Below, one piece after another: positions 16,998 to 20,305 of a stretch of DNA of 20,305 nucleotides. The DNA lies in the IMG/VR virus record IMGVR_UViG_2695420624_000005; one strand, given 5' to 3'. Every line of letters starts with the position of its first letter. Position 1 is the stretch's first letter. The translations under genes were made by a program, and so were the position numbers. Source of the DNA: a virus. Lineage: Duplodnaviria > Heunggongvirae > Uroviricota > Caudoviricetes. The notes beneath the pieces were generated by a model. That model searched no databases. It was not told where the DNA came from and saw nothing but the letters and a program-made list of their open reading frames with translations.

Positions 16998-17119
16998 GCC
17001 CTCCCCCCATCACACAAACCGTTCAAAAAACCACCACGACCTCACTTCAGTTATCGCTATGCGATGCAAGTCACAAAATTAATTCTTTTTGCTATCAAAC
17101 ATTTAATATCAAAACACAT

Positions 17120-17170
17120 CAACTAATAGCAATAAGCATTGATATCACCAATAGCAATAGCTATTATCAC
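17120..17170 (+). promoter_or_regulatory. PL-like promoter with OL operators
   Basis: -35 TTGATA (17139..17144), 17-bp spacer, -10 TATTAT (17162..17167). The perfect 16-bp palindrome AATAGC-AATA-GCTATT (17150..17165) overlaps the spacer and -10; a second related 16-mer AATAGCAATAAGCATT lies at 17124..17139. Same half-site family as in OR. Confidence 0.6.
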
Positions 17171-17273
17171 CATATCGCAACAACACAACGATACGGCAAC
17201 CACCTGATTCACCGTTGCGATGACCGCTTAGATCCGCAGCTTGAATTTCAGCAGGCTTCGGGGAGTGCGAGGG

Positions 17274-17651
17274 ATGAAACGGACGCGTGAACGTCGGTGT
17301 GACCAGCTGAAATCAACTCAACATTTCATACCTTAGTCGCTTCAACGAGGCGGCTTAGTTATGACAACCGGCGGCCATCCACCGCCTGAATACGCGCAGA
17401 AGTCTTTATATGTTCAGCAGCCCAGCTTACGGGCAGGAGTTTTTATGGTTCATCAACATTACGGAACGCAGACCGTTAATCGCGGTGCGGTCATGCCAGG
17501 AATGCTGGTCAAACGCAAAGATGGTACCTGGACTGCATCAGCTAATTTACACGGACGACTTTATCTGCATCGCGGCATTGAGCGCACTTATACCCGTGAC
17601 TTGCTCGTGGAAGTTTTTCTCGACGGACGCGGCAACGGTCTGAATCACTAA
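17274..17651 (+). pseudogene. Candidate N-like antiterminator frame interrupted by an in-frame TAG (20-codon Arg-rich peptide, then a 96-codon ORF at 17361..17651)
   Basis: 17274..17336 encodes MKRTRERRCDQLKSTQHFIP followed by TAG; the same frame continues into the 96 aa ORF whose C-terminus …RLYLHRGIERTYTRD… loosely resembles the lambda N C-terminus …RTWYSKPGERGITCSG…. Position is right after PL/OL. Weak evidence. Confidence 0.3.
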
Positions 17652-17726
17652 TCCCCTTTCCTGTTTTCCGAATCAGCCTGGCATTCCGCGGGCGATTTTT
17701 TCACAGCCATTTTCAGGAGTTCAGCC

Positions 17727-18887
17727 ATGAACGCTTATTACATTCAGGATCGTCTTGAGGCTCAGAGCTGGGCGCGTCACTACCAGCAGATCGCCCGTGA
17801 AGAGAAAGAGGCAGAACTGGCAGACGACATGGAAAAAGGCCTGCCCCAGCACCTGTTTGAATCGCTATGTATCGATCATTTGCAACGCCACGGGGCCAGC
17901 AAAAAAGCCATTAAAGAGTTTGGATTAGGCAGAGACAGGCGAATCGCAATCACTGAAGCTATACAGGCCAACATTGAGTTATTTTCAGGACACAAACACA
18001 AGCCTCTGACAGCGAGAATCAACAGTGATAATTCCGTTACGTTACATTCATGGCTTGATCGCTACGAAAAAATCCTGGCCAGCAGAGGAATCAAACAGAA
18101 GACACTCATAAATTACATGAGCAAAATTAAAGCAATAAGGAGGGGTCTGCCTGATGCTCCACTTGAAGACATCACCACAAAAGAAATTGCGGCAATGCTC
18201 AATGGATACATAAACGAGGGCAAGGCGGCGTCAGCCAAGTTAATCAGATCAACACTGAGCGATGCATTCCGAGAGGCAATAGCTGAAGGCCATATAACAA
18301 CAAACCCTGTCGCTGCCACTCGCGCAGCAAAATCAGAGGTAAGGAGATCAAGACTTACGGCTGACGAATACCTGAAAATTTATCAAGCAGCAGAATCATC
18401 ACCATGTTGGCTCAGACTTGCAATGGAACTGGCTGTTGTTACCGGGCAACGAGTTGGTGATTTATGCGAAATGAAGTGGTCTGATATCGTAGATGGATAT
18501 CTTTATGTCGAGCAAAGCAAAACAGGCGTAAAAATTGCCATCCCAACAGCATTGCATGTTGATGCTCTCGGAATATCAATGAAGGAAACACTTGATAAAT
18601 GCAAAGAGATTCTTGGCGGAGAAACCATAATTGCATCTACTCGTCGCGAACCGCTTTCATCCGGCACAGTATCAAGGTATTTTATGCGCGCACGAAAAGC
18701 ATCAGGTCTTTCCTTCGAAGGGGATCCGCCTACCTTTCACGAGTTGCGCAGTTTGTCTGCAAGACTCTATGAGAAGCAGATAAGCGATAAGTTTGCTCAA
18801 CATCTTCTCGGGCATAAGTCGGACACCATGGCATCACAGTATCGTGATGACAGAGGCAGGGAGTGGGACAAAATTGAAATCAAATAA
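17727..18887 (+). CDS. int: In-frame gam'-'int fusion: first 62 codons of GamS joined to lambda integrase from about residue 34 to the C-terminus
   Basis: [60 protein letters not shown] matches the short form of lambda Gam; from …[46 protein letters not shown]… to …[28 protein letters not shown] the protein matches lambda Int. The GamS RBS (AGGAG) is retained upstream. No xis, bet or exo is present. Confidence 0.8.
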   Translation: MNAYYIQDRLEAQSWARHYQQIAREEKEAELADDMEKGLPQHLFESLCIDHLQRHGASKKAIKEFGLGRDRRIAITEAIQANIELFSGHKHKPLTARINSDNSVTLHSWLDRYEKILASRGIKQKTLINYMSKIKAIRRGLPDAPLEDITTKEIAAMLNGYINEGKAASAKLIRSTLSDAFREAIAEGHITTNPVAATRAAKSEVRRSRLTADEYLKIYQAAESSPCWLRLAMELAVVTGQRVGDLCEMKWSDIVDGYLYVEQSKTGVKIAIPTALHVDALGISMKETLDKCKEILGGETIIASTRREPLSSGTVSRYFMRARKASGLSFEGDPPTFHELRSLSARLYEKQISDKFAQHLLGHKSDTMASQYRDDRGREWDKIEIK

Positions 18888-18985
18888 TGATTTTATTTTG
18901 ACTGATAGTGACCTGTTCGTTGCAACAAATTGATAAGCAATGCTTTTTTATAATGCCAACTTAGTATAAAAAAGCAGGCTTCAAC
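18888..18985. other. attL-type prophage/host junction: lambda P' arm plus the 15-bp att core (18961..18975), then host B-arm sequence
   Basis: 18890..18960 is the reverse complement of the lambda P' arm (…TATCAGTCAAAATAAAATCA, …GCATTGCTTATCAATTTGTTGCAACGAACAGGTCAC…); TTAGTATAAAAAAGC is the reverse complement of the lambda core GCTTTTTTATACTAA; the following AGGCTTCA matches the attB arm TGAAGCCT. Confidence 0.8.
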
Positions 18986-19021
18986 GGATTCATTTTTCTA
19001 TTTCATAGCCCGGAGCAACCT

Positions 19022-20305
19022 GTGAACACATTTTCAGTTTCCCGTCTGGCGCTGGCATTGGCTTTTGGCGTGACGCTGACCGCCTGTAGCTCAACCCCGC
19101 CCGATCAACGTCCTTCTGATCAAACCGCGCCTGGTACCTCTTCTCGCCCGATTCTGTCGGCAAAAGAAGCGCAGAATTTCGATGCTCAACACTATTTTGC
19201 ATCCCTGACACCAGGTGCTGCAGCGTGGAATCCTTCCCCGATTACCCTGCCTGCGCAACCTGACTTTGTTGTCGGCCCGGCGGGCACTCAAGGTGTAACG
19301 CATACCACGATTCAGGCGGCGGTAGATGCGGCAATTATCAAGCGTACCAACAAGCGCCAGTATATTGCCGTGATGCCTGGTGAGTATCAGGGAACGGTAT
19401 ATGTCCCTGCCGCTCCGGGTGGAATTACTCTGTACGGTACAGGTGAAAAACCGATTGATGTGAAGATTGGGCTTTCCCTTGATGGTGGCATGAGCCCTGC
19501 CGACTGGCGTCACGACGTCAACCCGCGCGGCAAATATATGCCAGGTAAACCAGCGTGGTATATGTACGATAGCTGCCAGAGCAAACGCAGCGACAGTATC
19601 GGTGTTCTCTGCTCTGCGGTCTTCTGGTCACAAAACAATGGCCTGCAACTGCAAAATCTGACCATCGAAAACACGCTGGGCGATAGCGTAGATGCAGGTA
19701 ACCATCCGGCGGTGGCACTGCGTACTGATGGTGACCAGGTACAGATTAACAACGTTAACATTCTCGGTCGTCAGAACACCTTCTTTGTCACCAACAGCGG
19801 TGTGCAGAACCGTCTGGAAACAAATCGTCAGCCGCGTACGCTGGTGACCAACAGCTACATTGAAGGGGATGTGGATATCGTTTCTGGTCGCGGCGCAGTG
19901 GTGTTCGATAACACCGAATTCCGCGTGGTGAACTCACGTACTCAGCAAGAAGCGTATGTGTTTGCACCGGCTACGCTGTCCAACATTTACTACGGTTTCC
20001 TCGCCGTAAACAGCCGTTTCAATGCTTTCGGTGATGGTGTGGCGCAACTGGGCCGCTCGCTGGATGTTGATGCCAATACCAACGGTCAGGTGGTGATCCG
20101 TGATAGCGCCATCAACGAAGGTTTTAACACGGCTAAACCGTGGGCCGATGCGGTGATCTCTAATCGTCCGTTTGCGGGTAATACCGGCAGCGTAGATGAT
20201 AACGACGAAATACAGCGCAATCTGAATGACACTAACTACAACCGCATGTGGGAATACAATAACCGCGGCGTGGGTAGTAAAGTGGTTGCAGAGGCGAAGA
20301 AGTAA
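19022..20305 (+). CDS. ybhC: Host lipoprotein YbhC (pectinesterase-like fold; putative acyl-CoA thioesterase), gene flanking the lambda attachment site
   Basis: 427 aa, GTG start, lipoprotein signal MNTFSVSRLALALAFGVTLTAC; sequence matches YbhC as recalled. Ordinary host GC content and codon usage, in contrast to the prophage cargo. Confidence 0.8.
   Translation: MNTFSVSRLALALAFGVTLTACSSTPPDQRPSDQTAPGTSSRPILSAKEAQNFDAQHYFASLTPGAAAWNPSPITLPAQPDFVVGPAGTQGVTHTTIQAAVDAAIIKRTNKRQYIAVMPGEYQGTVYVPAAPGGITLYGTGEKPIDVKIGLSLDGGMSPADWRHDVNPRGKYMPGKPAWYMYDSCQSKRSDSIGVLCSAVFWSQNNGLQLQNLTIENTLGDSVDAGNHPAVALRTDGDQVQINNVNILGRQNTFFVTNSGVQNRLETNRQPRTLVTNSYIEGDVDIVSGRGAVVFDNTEFRVVNSRTQQEAYVFAPATLSNIYYGFLAVNSRFNAFGDGVAQLGRSLDVDANTNGQVVIRDSAINEGFNTAKPWADAVISNRPFAGNTGSVDDNDEIQRNLNDTNYNRMWEYNNRGVGSKVVAEAKK

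Noticed and set aside
17410-17643. 77 aa plus-strand ORF overlapping the candidate N-like frame
   Set aside because: Alternative frame of the same segment with no recognisable features; kept only the frame that is continuous with the Arg-rich peptide.
18990-19761. Minus-strand ORFs of 73, 140, 83 and 66 aa
   Set aside because: Antisense to ybhC, whose plus-strand frame gives a full-length lipoprotein with a signal peptide.
1-20305. Initial impression that the window is the DLP12 cryptic prophage at the argU tRNA site
   Set aside because: The nin/Q/nmpC/lysis/cargo block matches that gene set, but the window also has cI, cro, O and P, a lambda-type integrase catalytic domain, the lambda att core and ybhC as host flank, and no tRNA gene next to int. 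It is a different, mosaic lambdoid element.

Overview
Cryptic, heavily deleted lambdoid prophage with its left junction (attL) next to the host gene ybhC, read here in reverse orientation. From low to high coordinates: a tail-fibre 3' remnant fused to a truncated terminase large subunit (gpA), terminase small subunit Nu1, cos, Bor, a phage-21-type lysis cassette (Rz/Rz1, SAR endolysin, dual-start pinholin), an intact NmpC-type porin gene antisense to the late operon, Q antiterminator, a nin-type block (ylcG-like, rusA, ybcO, ninE, ybcN), cargo genes (AraC-family regulator, PEBP-family protein, a serine recombinase split by a stop codon, emrE), ren, P, O with internal ori iterons, a YdaT-like gene in the cII position, cro-like, OR, a LexA-like CI repressor, a three-gene cassette, OL/PL, an interrupted N-like reading frame, a gam'-'int in-frame fusion, attL and ybhC. 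The most interesting element is the cassette at 15434..16956 in the slot where lambda carries rexAB: an MqsR-like toxin, an MqsA-like antitoxin with a long C-terminal extension, and a SecB-like chaperone, i.e. a toxin-antitoxin-chaperone (TAC) module that is visibly AT-rich and has its own terminator. All protein identifications are from reading the translations against remembered sequences; nothing was searched against a database.
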